Part shown: piece after piece, positions 1-19,430 of the stretch
Layout: each line of letters begins with the position of its first letter
How positions within the stretch are numbered: position 1 is the first letter of the stretch
Assembly: GCF_009914755.1 (NCBI RefSeq)
Contig: NC_060943.1
From: the human T2T-CHM13v2.0 reference genome, Homo sapiens
Direction: 5' to 3' (one strand)
DNA length: 64,000 bases
Notes under the pieces: generated by a model
Seen by the model: only the letters and a program-made list of their open reading frames with translations
Databases searched by the model: none
Told to the model about the DNA's origin: nothing
Program-made: the position numbers and the translations under genes

Positions 1-870
1 TGTTTCTGTTGGAGGGAAAAAAGAAAAAAGGTCTGTCTGCCCAAGCTAGTCAGCCCTCGCATGAGCCTGGAGATCAGCAAAGCCCTAGAAGCCCTTACCA
101 GGGCCCCCTCACTGCCATTTTTGCATCCTGGCTCTCCCTGGCAATGCCCACAGCAGTCCTGCCTGGCAGTGCCCATCTGCTGTGTCCCCAGCCACCGTCC
201 CCTCTCCTGCGTTCTTCTTTGCTATAGTCCCACGTAGAGGAGTTCTGACCTCAGTATTGAGTCCTCTCTTTGGGTGGAGGTAGAGGCAGGGTATGTGTGT
301 ATTGGGGGTCTGGGGGGCAGTGTTTAGAAACTGAGGACCCCTCTTGGTGCACCTCAAATCACATTCCTCACCTAACGGTTATTTCTGAAGAAAGAAAAGA
401 AATAATCGGTTCTAGATTGCTTTCTTCCTACAATCCTTATCTATTATCATTAGATTTCACTGTTTGGCACACATTAGAAAAGGGTATGTGTACGGTGGGG
501 CACACAGCAACGGCTGAAAGACTCACAGATTATTTGCCCGCTTCTGTCATCACTCTCCACCCCCAGATCCTAGGGTGAACTGTCAGGGATGGCATCGAAC
601 AGTTTCCAAACTTAAATGTGCTAAACCTCAGTATCCTTTCCTCCTCCTCCTCCGTGCCACCCCAGAACAGGCGGTGGCTGCACATCTGGCCCAGGAAAGA
701 GGCACTGAGAAAAGCATTCAGGCAATATACAAATGAGAGAGACAGGTGCATACACCTGACATTTGTTATTATTTGGATACAAACGTCATTAGCATGTGAG
801 CTTCAAACAGCCGCTAAAGTCTGGGCTCTGTGCAGCCTCCGCACCTAGATTTCACCAAAAGGCGCTTTCA

Positions 871-1258
<388 letters not shown>

Positions 1259-2784
1259 TCAGCCACCTCCACCTGCAACTCAGGCAGTTCTGGAATTTCC
1301 ATGCAGGGGGCTCGAGGGTGACCTGCAATTAAAAATGGGGGTCACAGGCAGATACCCAGGATGAGTCTGCAACTGTGTGTTGACTGAGATAATTTGGAGC
1401 GAACCAATGGCGACAACAGAGGGTGTCAGAGTCCCCCCTACCCCCATCTCCCGCACTGCCAACCTTCTTCTCTTCCTTCTTCTCCTCAACCCCCACTGGG
1501 CTTTCTGCCCTCCAGACCACCTCCTCCCAGACACTAGGGGCTGATTTGCACAGCTGGTGGTCGAGGCCCCTCCTGGCATCCTTGGTGGATCCAACACTGA
1601 GTAAAGTTGCCGAGGCGAGTAGCGATGCTCTGGTGGAAGGCTCCACATGCACATTCACCCCGAACAGCTGCTGGAAACTGGCACACTCTGCTGCTGTAGA
1701 AATTATCAGCACTGCCACCTCAGCTCCTGGAGAAAGTCTCGGTGTGACAGCCTGCAAAGTAATCCTGCATTTGAATTTCACTGACAAATCCTGGCTTCCT
1801 CCAGACAAGCTCCAACCTGCACAGATGGCCCCTCGCATCAAAAAGTAAAAATAACAAAGCTTGCAATTCTGGGCCTCCCTTTTTCTCTGGGCAGATGTGC
1901 TGGCTGCACATTTCGGGAATCGCGCAGTCTGAGTTCCAGCAGCAACCTCTCTCCTCCTGTACGCTCGCACTCGCCCCTTCTGGCGTGCTGCTGGGGAGCG
2001 GCCGTGGCCCCTCCGAGTGTGTTCAGGGAAGTGTCTGGGATGCCTGAGCCTTTTGAGTGGGAGAGAAAGACCCAGAGGGGAGAGAGTGTGAAAATTCATC
2101 CCCCACTCAAGATTAGCCATGTTGTCATCCATAAGACAGCTGGCCCAGGGAAGGGGTTGCAGCGTTGGAGAAAGGTCTCAGGTAAGGTGGTCAGCAGAGG
2201 TGGGGGATGAGGGGCGGCTGCGCTAAGGGCCAGCCAGTGCATGCCAAGTGCAGGCGGCAGAGTGGGAGATGAAGCTCTAGAAGTTTCTGATTTTTTGCTT
2301 TTTTTTCCCCAATCAGATGCATCAGAAGGACTGATTTTCTTGCCCAGGCTCATCCTGAACTCCTGGCTCAAGCAATTCTGTCACCTTGGCCTCCCAAAAT
2401 GCTGCGTTTACAGGCGTGTGCTCCTGATTTTTTTGAATCCCCCAAACCTTGACCAGCCACAGAATTCTCTCCACTCATATTTGCTGAGAACCTCTGGGGA
2501 TATCCAGGCCCTAGGGATATGGTTATGGATGAGACAGACCCAGAGAGCACAGGCTCAGGGAACACACAGCCAAGGCCATCTGTGAGCTGGGTGGCCACAG
2601 ACTCACTGCTCAGGAATGCCAGAGCAGGAGGCCAAGGGAGAGGCCAGAGACAGGGACCTGCAGCTGGCGACATTGCGGGAGCCACTTACCCGCAGGTAGG
2701 TTTCACCTTTGATGAGCCATCTGACCTGGAGCCACCAAGGCTCATCCAGAAATGGTGGCTAAAGTCTTTGCTCTACTAGAGGGT

Positions 2785-3320
2785 CAGATGAGATAAGATG
2801 TTCAGCTGCAAGGAAAAGACAACTCAAAGTGCCAGGAGAAAACAAGGAATTCATGGATTCGTATGAATGTATGGATTCAAACGAATGGCCCAGGGGCCTA
2901 TCTAGCCTCAGGCATGGCTGGATCAGGGTGTTTACATTGCTGTCCTCAGGAATCCTTGCCTCAGCTCTGAAAGCTGACTGTGCCGACTTTGTTCTCCACG
3001 TGGCATTTGCCAGTAGAGAACAGTGTCTCCAGGCAGATATTCCTCCCAGCAAGTACCTCCTACCCAGACTCTCCAGCAAAAGTCCTGGGGATGCTTCTCA
3101 TTGGTCCAGCTTGGGTCACATGCCCATCCCTTCTCTAATCACTGTGGCCAGAGGAATGCAGTGCTGTGATTAGCCAGGCATGTGTCAGGTGTCAGTCTCT
3201 GGGGCAGAGTTGGAATAGGTCCATCTGAACTACCTGGCTCTGCAGAAAAGGGGAAGGGATGCTGGGTTGGCAAAAGCAGCAAGTACAGAAACAATAAAGA
3301 CTCTCCCAAAGCATGGGTGA
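2785..3320 (-). mobile_element. MaLR LTR (MLT1J/K/L-like), degenerate
   Basis: Typical MLT1 blocks 'ctcaggcatggctggatcagggtg' and 'cattggtccagcttgggtcacatgcccatccct...aatcactgtggccagaggaatg'. Confidence 0.7.
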
Positions 3321-4104
3321 CTGCAGAGATGGGAGCATGCTCTGGAACAGCTGCAAAAATCCTGCTTCCCACAGCAGGATTCTTCTTGCTGCAGTTGTGT
3401 GGCCACTGTCATTCATCCCCTCAGCGTCTCTAATTCCAGCGTGCTGGCCTCTGTGCCAGGCCCGGGATATGGGGAAGGTTCCGCATGACCGTGTGGGGAA
3501 GCCTGCCTGCCACCTGGCCTCAGGGGTGGGAGCAGCCCCCTGGGGACTTTTCGCAGTTGAGGTCTGCCTCACCCCTAAGGCCCCTAGTTTCCCTCTCTGG
3601 TGTCTCTTAGATCTCCCTGTGTTTGGATTTCCATTTTCCTCTTCCTTAAACCAACACCGTAAGGTCCAACCTTCAGGACCCTGACCCTGGAGAGAAAAAA
3701 ACAGAGACCAGGAAGGTCTTCACTAGCCAAAGCCCCAGGTCTGGGCTTCTCATGCACAAAGCCTCTGTCTGCCACCCACAAACCCATTCGGGGTAGAGTT
3801 GCCCTCTTGTAGTGGAATAAAGGACAAGTGTGGCCAAACTTGTTTGGCTCTTGGTCCTGGGCCGGGGGTGGAGGGGAGAAAACAGGCATTATCAGAGAAG
3901 GGCATGCTGAGGCTGGCCAGGGGGTATGTGAACTGGGAGGGGGCCAGCTGGGGAGCTCAGCTTCCAGGCCCCCACCCAGGCCTATGTCGCTGCTCTGATG
4001 TGTCTCAGTGAGTGCACCGGGCAAGACGCTGTTTGAAGGAGCTTCCGTGGAAACATCCATAAAACTAACCTTGAGGGAAGAACTGCCGCCCTGGCTTTAC
4101 TCCT

Positions 4105-4270
4105 GTTTAGTCATTTCATTTTCTCACAATCCTATGGGGTGGGAATGATCACTGGCCCCATTTTAGAGAAGAGGAAACTGAGAAACAGGGAGGTCCTGCA
4201 ACTTGCCCAAGGTCCCGCAACTTGCGCAAGGTCCCACATGGGGCCTGGCTTCAGGGCCTGTGACAAGACA
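4105..4270 (-). mobile_element. MIR SINE carrying immune TF motifs
   Basis: MIR core reverse complement 'ccccattttagagaagaggaaactgag...acttgcccaaggtc'. Confidence 0.85.
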
Positions 4271-4419
4271 CTGCATGAGAAGCCCGGGGCTGGTTGATAG
4301 GACTTCTCATTAACCAGCTCATAGGACTCCCAAAATCCAACTGAGGGTTGGGGCCCAGTCATCAGCTTTTGGGGTTTCTGGCCCTGGGGTGGCCCTGGCC
4401 ACATAGGCCTGCATAGGGC

Positions 4420-5120
4420 ATGCGTTGCCCCGCTGAAGCTCGGCAGCTTAGCTCTTCTGCCGGGACAAGCGCTTCCTAGGAATTCTGAGCACTTCTGCCC
4501 CCTCCCAGGGGCCCCTCCCAGGCCTCCTCCGCCGCCAGTCCGGGCTGACAGCTTGGCTGGCCCCAGGCTGGGGCCGACTCTGAATGCGGCGCCTCCTGGT
4601 CACGCGGCATGGGCAGAGGAGGAGGAGGAAAAGGGAGAGGAAGAGGAGGAGGGGAGAGGAGGGAGGCCGGCCTGGGTAGAAGTCAGCTCCAGCTCCTGGA
4701 AGGAGCCCACGCGTGCTCTAGACGCCTTCCCTGCACGGGGCTCTGCCCATCCCCCACCTCTGGGAGGAGACAGGGTGGCCCCGGAGGAGGGGGCGGCAGT
4801 CCGGTGAGCAGCGACTTGGGGCCCGAGGCCCCGGCCAGTTCCATTCTCACCACGCCCGGCGGAAGCTATCGCCACGATTTGGGGAGGGCCGCCTCTGAGC
4901 CTCCTCTGGAGGCGGCACCTCTGCTACTCCATTGCACAAACGGGGAAACCAGCCCCGCCGAGCGTACCAGGCCAGGCCGGCCCTGAGGGGCAGGGGCAGG
5001 ACGCCAGGAGCTGACCCCCAGCGTCCCCGACTGCCAGTGCCCCTGTCATGCAGGCCGAGGCCAAAGCACGAAGGGGCCTCGCTGCAAAAGGTCGGACCTG
5101 CGTTGCACCGGTTTCCAGCC
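4420..5120. promoter_or_regulatory. CpG-enriched shore upstream of island 1, with GA-rich tract
   Basis: High GC, many CpGs, (GAG/GGA)n tract 4615-4665; separated from the main island by MIR and AluJ. Confidence 0.5.
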
Positions 5121-5196
5121 AAGTGCTTTGGGCAAGTTTCTTAACCGCCTTGGCCTCCACTTTCCCCTTCTGTGAAATAGGATGGTGCCCACGTGA

Positions 5197-5547
<351 letters not shown>

Positions 5548-5579
5548 TAACGTTTTAACAGAATGAACTGAGGCTCAGC

Positions 5580-6920
5580 TGGGCCAACGCGGACCCCGGC
5601 CTGCGCCCACGCCTCACCGGCTCCCCAGGGCCTGGGACCGGCACAGCCCGGGCTCAAGGGCTGGGACTGCCGCCCCGCCCTAGAGCTCAGGCTGCGCTCC
5701 ACGTGCGCCGTGTTTACCCACGTGATGCGCTGCCCCGCCCCGCCCCGCCCCGCGTCTCCCCGCCCCGCGTCTCCCGCGCCGCGCGTCTGCAGCCTGGCCA
5801 AGGCGGATGCTGGGGGTTGGGGGCCCGAGCGCGGCCTCACGTCGCCCGGACGCCCCCCGCCCCACCCGGGAGACTGGAGCGAGCCACGGCCTCCCTGGGC
5901 GGGCTTGGCCCAGCCACTCCGCTGTGTCCGCGCTGCCAGGGCGCGGGAGCACTTCCGGGCGCGCGCCGCGGGAGGGGCAGGGCCGAAGAGGTGGGGGCGG
6001 GGCCGAAGAGTTAGGGGCGGGGCCGGAGAAGTAGGGGCGGGGCCGGAGAGGTAGGGGCGGGGCCGCCCCTTGCGGGGGGGTTCTGAGCGGCCCGCACCGC
6101 AAAAGGCGGTGTCAGGGCGGTGAGGGGCGGGGCCTGGCAATGCACAGGGGCTCTTAGGGGCCCGCACTGCGGGAGGGGCAGGGCCAGGGCGGTTGGTGGA
6201 CTGGGCCTGGCTGTACGTAGGTGCTCTGAGAAGCCCCCGGCGAGAGGGGCGGGGCCAGAGCAACAGTGGGCGGGGACAGGCTGTGCGTCGGAGCTCCGCG
6301 GGGCCTGCGGCGGGGTGGGTGGGGCCAGGGCGGCGGTGGGCGGGCCGTGCTGTGCGTAGGGGCGCTGAGAGGCCCGCAATGTGAGAGGGGCGGGGCCGGA
6401 ACAGCGGTGGACGGGGTCTGTAGTTCAACTGTGCCGTGGCGTCTTCTTCGCGGCGAGATCTGAGTGCCTCGCAGCAGCCGAAGGCGGGTTTGCAGGTTGC
6501 GTTGCGCTGGCCCTGCCCTCGGCAGGCAGAACGGGATAGAGCGCGGACAGGCGCCGTCACTCCCAGATTCCTCTGCGTCCATGGCAGAGCCACTCCTCCT
6601 TGGTACTCCTTCCTTGACCCACCGGGGCCCCCTTCCTGCTGTCTCTGCCCCTCTAGCTGCTGCCTCCAGGGGCTTAGGTCTCGGCCCCTTTGGCTTCTGG
6701 GCTGCCCCTGGCAGATCTCGTCCATCCTAGGTTTTAACGCCTACCTGCATGCGGATGATCCTGATAGTTCTAACAGTAGCTAAACTGTTTTCCACGTGCT
6801 TTCTGAACATTGATGCTGTTTGGACCCCTGACAGCCACATTTTTACGCCCCCGCGCAGCCCGCTGCTCTGAGCTCCGTATTCCCCGCCGGCCGGGTGTTC
6901 CACGGCCCTTCTGAGTCAAC
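5580..6920 (+). promoter_or_regulatory. CpG island promoter 1 (TATA-less; GC boxes, E-boxes, ETS, ZNF143/THAP11 motif)
   Basis: Dense CpG; CACGTG at 5700-5705 and 5719-5724; TGTTTAC 5711-5717; ACTTCCGG 5951-5958; many GGGGCGGGGC; ACTACAGACCCCG on - strand at 6412-6424. Strand is inferred. Confidence 0.85.
5970..6420 (+). repeat. GC-box tandem arrays (~20-bp unit x5, then degenerate ~70-bp unit x5)
   Basis: 'ggggcggggccg(a/g)aga(g/a)gt' repeated over 5973-6065; 70-bp unit anchors at about 6081, 6151, 6224, 6294, 6363. Confidence 0.85.
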
Positions 6921-7365
6921 GTGTGTGCAGTGAAGTCCTTCTTCCTTCTCGTTTCACCCTGGGTCTCCTCCTCAGGGAGTGGCATCACGGTCTGCTCAGT
7001 GGCAGGCAAGCCCCAGATAGCGCTTCCGTCTTGACTCCTCACTCTCCTCCCTCTGATCTGTCCCAGAATCCCATCAGTTCTTCCTCCACCCCACCCGACC
7101 CACAATTCTCTGCTACACTTGTCTCCACGGCCCTGGTCTGAAACACATCATGCTTCACCTGGACTCGTAGGCGACCGATCTTTCTGCCTCTTGGCTTACT
7201 ACTCTTAAGTCTCGCCTTCACGGGCAGTCGCAGGGATCTTTCTCAAGATCTAATTTCTAATGATTGCATTTTTCTTCTTTAAGCAGTAGGCTGAAAGCCA
7301 AAGCTCTCCATCTTTTTACAACTCAAAAAAAAAAAAAAAAAAAAACAAGGGTGCCCTCTGTCTGG
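6560..7365 (+). mobile_element. L2 LINE fragment (RT region)
   Basis: 'ggttttaacgcctacctgcatgcggatgatcct' is a remnant of the L2 RT YADD region (reads GFNAYLHADD); L2-like pyrimidine-rich sequence follows. Confidence 0.7.
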
Positions 7366-7561
7366 CCTTGCCACTGTTCAACCTGGTACTTGCAAGTCTT
7401 GTCCAGTGCAATGGGATGAGAAAAGTGAGTGATAGAAGGATCGGAAGCAAAATGACAGCACTGTTATTGTCAAGTGATGATCATCGACATAGAAAACAAG
7501 AATCAACAGAAAAATTAACCTAATGAGAGAGTTGCACAAAGGTAGTTTAAGGTCAGAATAG

Positions 7562-8300
<739 letters not shown>

Positions 8301-8997
8301 AGGTCAGAATATAAAGTCAGTAATGGGTTCCTCCCCAAAAATAATACACGTATTGTGAGTAATAAAAATAAGGTATTCTGCATGATACTGAAATATTTAT
8401 GCATTAACCTAATAAAAAAATGCACAGAATCTTTAAGGAGAAAAACCTGAAATTCTAATATATAGATTTTGTTTAAAAAGGCTTGAATACATAAATAGTG
8501 AGATAATGTCTTAACCTTGAAGGAATGTAAATTTTCTGTTACATGATCTAACTATGCATTGCAATTTCAGTAAAAATTCCAGCCCAATTATTTTGGAACT
8601 TGAGAAACTTGATTCTTAACTTTTAAGGAAGAATAAAAATCCATGATCTGCTAAGACAATCTTGAAAGAGGACAAAGGGAACTCTTATTCAACAGGCATT
8701 AAAACGGATTACAAAGGCATAGTAATTAAAATAAGGTGATATTGGTACAGAAAAACAGGTAAGTGGAATAGTTTGGAGAGTACAGCATAAACTCAGTTAT
8801 ATATGGTAACATATAATATTTCTGTGATAGGAAGGGATTTCTCATGACCTCCAAATCATAAGCTGAAAGGTGAGACGTGATGGATTTTGACTACACCAAA
8901 ATGAAAAAATGTTGCTTTGCTACAGACAAAATTAACATATGAGTGATAAGCTAGAAGATATTATCCATGTTTTAAATGAACAAAAGGCTATAACTAG

Positions 8998-9483
<486 letters not shown>

Positions 9484-9657
9484 TCAGAAGAAGGCAAGGG
9501 GAAGGAATGAGATGTCACATTGCCCCACGAGCTGATACAACTCAGCAAGCCAGATGATGTGAAGTGCTGGCGTGGATGGATGAGAGAGGGAGTCCCATGC
9601 ACTTGTGAGTGAGTGTGTGGCCAGTTACAGTGAAATTAAATACGTGTATACTTTTGC

Positions 9658-10121
9658 AGAGCTAGGACCAGGGAGAGGAAGGGAGGTGCTTGGGCACACA
9701 CGTAAGGAAGCACTTACTGTCAGGGTCGACCCCACCCCTTATAAAGCCCTGAAAGTGAGGGCTTTCTTAGTTTTTTTGTTTGTTTTTGAGACAGAGTCTT
9801 GCTCTGTCACCCAGCCTGGATTGCAGTGGTGTGATCTCGGTTCACTGCAACCTCTGCCTCCAGGGTTCAAGTGATTCTCATGCTTTAGCCTCCGGAGTAG
9901 CTGGGATTACAGGCGTGCATCACACCGAGCTAATTTTTGTATTTTTAGTAGAGACCGGGTTTCACCATGTTGGCCAGGCTGGTCTAGAACTCCTGACCTC
10001 AGGTGATTCTCCTGCCTCAGCCTCCCAAAGTGCTGGGATAGCAGGCTTGAGCCACCGCACCGGGTCTGTTCTTAAATTTTATACCTTAGGTGCCGCATTG
10101 CCTTGCCCTAGGCCCAGCCCT
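9658..10121. mobile_element. MER96-like hAT MITE interrupted by antisense AluS (9770-10064)
   Basis: Terminal inverted repeats 'cagagctaggaccagggagaggaagggaggtgcttggg' ... 'ccttaggtgccgcattgccttgccctaggcccagccctg'. Confidence 0.7.
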
Positions 10122-11109
10122 GTACGTTCCGCACAGTTTCACTCTTGGTTATGTACCTAAAGAGACTTCATCAGAGGTCCACAGCGTTGCTTATGACGTA
10201 GGTATCCCCCAGAGGGACCTGGACAGGTAGAACTTGGTACATGAAGACAATGACAAGTATTTTTACAGAGGGCAGGGATTCCCTAGCGCTTGGCCTCTGG
10301 GAAGGAGTTTGGGGAACTTGGTGAAAGACAGCTGAGAGCAAAATACAAAATGACTTTGTTCCAGCTTCTCAGAAGTGAGACCAGAGATGACATTTGCATC
10401 TGCCTTGGAGCGTTTTGTAGATTTCTGAGCCTTTGTCACTGATCCTCCTGCCTTGCCCCCAATAAATGCCTTTGAATTTAGGTAGAAAGAAAGTTGGAAG
10501 ACGCCCGCAGGGTGTCTAAGAAGGGTTAGGCATATTTTCACTATGCCTATAAGGAAGCAGAGGTCAGATAAGGAGGCAGAAACTGGAGAATTCCAGATCC
10601 TGCTCCTCTGTCAAGGCAGAAAGGATTTAGAGGGCACAGCTTGGACTTTGGAGTTTACATATATTCCATTCCCTTTTCTACTCTCTAGAGATGAGAACTT
10701 GGGCAGGAAACCCAGCCACAGTGAACTTTGGTGTTCTTCCCGGTGAGATGGGAATAATAATAAGGCCTAACTCAGAATTGGTGTTAGGAGTCAAAGGAGA
10801 AAGGATATCTGAAACCACTTATCTTCCTCCCTCCTCTTCTGTCAAACAGCATAGACAAATGGAGATTCCCTGACTTTAAAAACAAAACAAAACATTTTTC
10901 AGTCATGGGACAGCAGTCTAGGGGCCTTTAGGAAGAAACTGAGGACCAAAGGATGCAACTGAGTACTGTCAGCTCAAGTGGCAAATGAAGTCATCAGCTC
11001 CAGGTAGTTCAAGTCCCAGCCCCGCCTGGCTTTGAGGTGAGGTTGTGCTTTGAACCGGTACCATTTTGGATGTTGCTCAGCTCTGGAATGAGAGGTGGGG
11101 TAGGAAGGG

Positions 11110-15470
<4,361 letters not shown>

Positions 15471-16299
15471 AGCAGGACCTCTGAGCAACGACGCTGTCAA
15501 CAGTGCCATGACTCTGTTAGTCCTTGAAACTCAGAAGGAGGAAGAGGGTGGGGAGGAAAGTCTAAACTGGCTGAATTTAAATCTGAAATGACTGAACAAA
15601 GCTCAAAGTTTCTGAGAAAACCACCATCTGACTAGATTGACTCTTCGGCCATCGTGTAAAATTTTCAGTTATAGAATGGTAGAGAAAAGTGCATTTTCCC
15701 ATCTACATCTTGTGGCCTGAAAATATCTTCCCTCCTGCATATAGGAAGGAAAAACCTTGAAAATGGTGGATGTGGGATCGGGGAGAGGCTGGATGAAAAG
15801 TAGTTATATCTTCCAGGTACTGAGTTTTCTCATGCATAGAATGGTGGGGTTGGGGGAAGTCTAGAAGATTCCAAAGTCTGTTCTCGCTCGCACACTTACA
15901 CTAAGTGCTTTTTACGAACTTCTGAGGCCACGAACTTCTGCCCTGACAAGAGTCTCTCCCTGTGAAAAAGGGGTGGAAGTCCAGGGCTGGAGATGCCTTC
16001 CAAGGCTGTAGGCGCCCCTCCACCGCTTCTGAGGCCCTGCCTCTCTCAGGTCCCAGGTCTCTGTCAGAGGAGTTTTGGGGCAGAGCCGGAGCTGTTGAAG
16101 GGTGGGGCAGCCAGACATTCCCCAGAGCTCTTTCCTGTCCAGATTCGATCAGACCTGTGGCTTTTTCAGGAGAGGACAGTCAGGCCCTTGGGCAGCTGAA
16201 CCTGATCAGCTTCCCTTACTCTACCTTATTTCTTCCTTTAATATTTTTATTTCTTTTTAGAACTTCAGTTCCTGTCCCTGCTTAGGAGAGGGGAGTTGT

Positions 16300-16690
16300 C
16301 CATTAGACAGAATCTACATCTACCCTAGATTCTTCTATCACTAGTTTTTTTTTTTTCCCAAGTCTAGCTTAGCAGTAAGCTCTAAGGTCCCAGCCTAGCA
16401 AGGCTGCTGGGAGAAAGACAGCCTCTTTCCCAGGAATTCCAGCAAAAGTCTCAGGGCTGAGCCTCATTAATCTGTCTTCGGTCATGTGACCATCCCTGAG
16501 CCAGTCCCGGAGGCTGGGGAGATGAAGGGCCCTGATTGGCCAGCCCTGGTCATGGCCACCCCTAAAGTCAGGGCCAGAGGTAACTCCATCCCAATCACCT
16601 GGACAGAAGGGGGCTTCCCCAAGGATGAGGGCGGGACTGTTACCAAGATAAGGGAGATGCATGCTGGGAGGATGAAATCAACAGACTTCC
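16300..16690 (-). mobile_element. MaLR LTR (MLT1-like)
   Basis: 'gtcatgtgaccatccctgagccagtc...ccctgattggccagccctggtcatg'. Confidence 0.6.
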
Positions 16691-17172
16691 ACAACATAAG
16701 TTTTTCTCAAAGTTCCGGATCCAGGATTCACGAGTGTTGCTTGCCCTGTGCCAGGCACTTCCTTTACCTTTTGTATCTAGTTATTTTATCCCAAGAGATC
16801 ATGTTGTTCCAGACAGGGAACTGAGCTTAGAAAGAGGAAGGGCCTTTCCCAAGCCGATGGCACAGGGTCTGCACTTCCTGCCTGGGAAGCAGGCCTGGGG
16901 CTTCCCACGTGGCCTGACCCCTCTCATCTGACACCTGCCCCCCACTCCCTCCCCTCTGCCTGCAAAACTGACATGAGGAGACTGCTTGTGTTTCCAGAAA
17001 GAGGGGAATTGGCAATAGCCATGAGTTGAGACGACTTGATAAAATATTTCTTGTTTTCTCGAGTTTACATAGACCAAGTTTTCACTGTTGCTATGGGGTG
17101 GGTTGGCAGAGAGATGAAAATAAATCTGTGTAATTTATTTTTTCTCTGAGTGGAGTATATTTCTGCTGGCTT

Positions 17173-17215
17173 CATACACATGCACACACGCGCGCGCACG
17201 TGCACACACACATGC
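17173..17215. repeat. Alternating purine-pyrimidine (CA/CG) tract
   Basis: catacacatgcacacacgcgcgcgcacgtgcacacacacatgc, uninterrupted alternation. Confidence 0.9.
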
Positions 17216-18089
17216 CCGCACATACAGGCTTTCATAAAATACTTAAACCCCTCTAATGCTCTCTGTGGAAGGAATAAATATGTACTGTACTTTCAACTTG
17301 TGTTCTCTGAAATACCATATGGTCTGCACTGTGAGCTTAAAATACTCTAGTGAGCGGATGCTTTCATGCAGCAGATAGCCAGGTGGAGCTCTCCCTGCCA
17401 ATCTTACAACGTTAATTAATCCTTTAAAATAGAGCGTGGAGGGGTCCCTGCGTCAGAAACGGGTGCTGTGTGAGGGAAGTAGCCCGGTGGCCTGCACCGG
17501 GGCTGAGCAGAGAGTACAAAGGCGGTGGGAAGGTGGGCTAGGCCGGGAGCACCCCTGCTGCCTGACGGCGCCTTTGATGAGCCCGCTCAGTCACTCAGAT
17601 ACTCACAGTTTGCATTCTGCATAATCAGTCTAACAGGCTGATGGTTTGCATGAATATCTAAGTTTGTCATTGTGGTTAATTTTTCCTCAAAAAGAGGCCC
17701 CCTATCTCTCTGGCCCAATGCATATTTATAAAGGGCAGGGAAGTCAGGCAGAGGATGCTGGATGAAGGGGCGGCTCAGGGAGGGGGCCCCGTGGCCGGTC
17801 CCTGAAGCCTGGGAGGCCAGGCTCCTGCCAGAGCTGGTGGCTCAGAGAAGGGTGCAGAGCTCCTCAGAGCCTGGAGGGAAGGAACTGCAGGGAGAGGGGA
17901 CAGCCTGGTTTGCAAGGCCCCATTTGGGCTAGCCTCTTCCCTGCTCCAGGCCTCAGTTTCCTTATCCATACAAGGAGCATGTGGGCCACTTGATCCAGGC
18001 CTCAGGGTCCCAAAGGAACTATCCTCTCCAAATGAGGTTACACAGAGTCAGAGAGGGGAGGGAGAGAGGCTCACATCCATTCAACAACT

Positions 18090-19228
<1,139 letters not shown>

Positions 19229-19411
19229 CTATGGTTTTTGTAACCTTGTTTTGGCATTTTTTTTCTGACTCGTCAAAGAATATTTCGGCAACTTTGGAGT
19301 GGCCAGGCTTCCCTTTCCCATGTGCAGCAGGAAGTCCAGGTGGGAATGGGGAGAGGCTGGGAGATCCCTCAGGTCGGCGGCTTTCAGAGCTCTCCAGGCC
19401 ACGCCTCTCAG

Positions 19412-19430
19412 TGGCCAGCAGGTGGCAGTT
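19412..19430 (+). promoter_or_regulatory. CTCF motif (forward)
   Basis: TGGCCAGCAGGTGGCAGTT, close match to the CTCF core consensus. Confidence 0.7.

Noticed and set aside
5970-6420. Repeat-spacer-like periodicity suggestive of CRISPR
   Set aside because: Eukaryotic context, degenerate whole-unit tandem repeats without unique spacers, no cas genes
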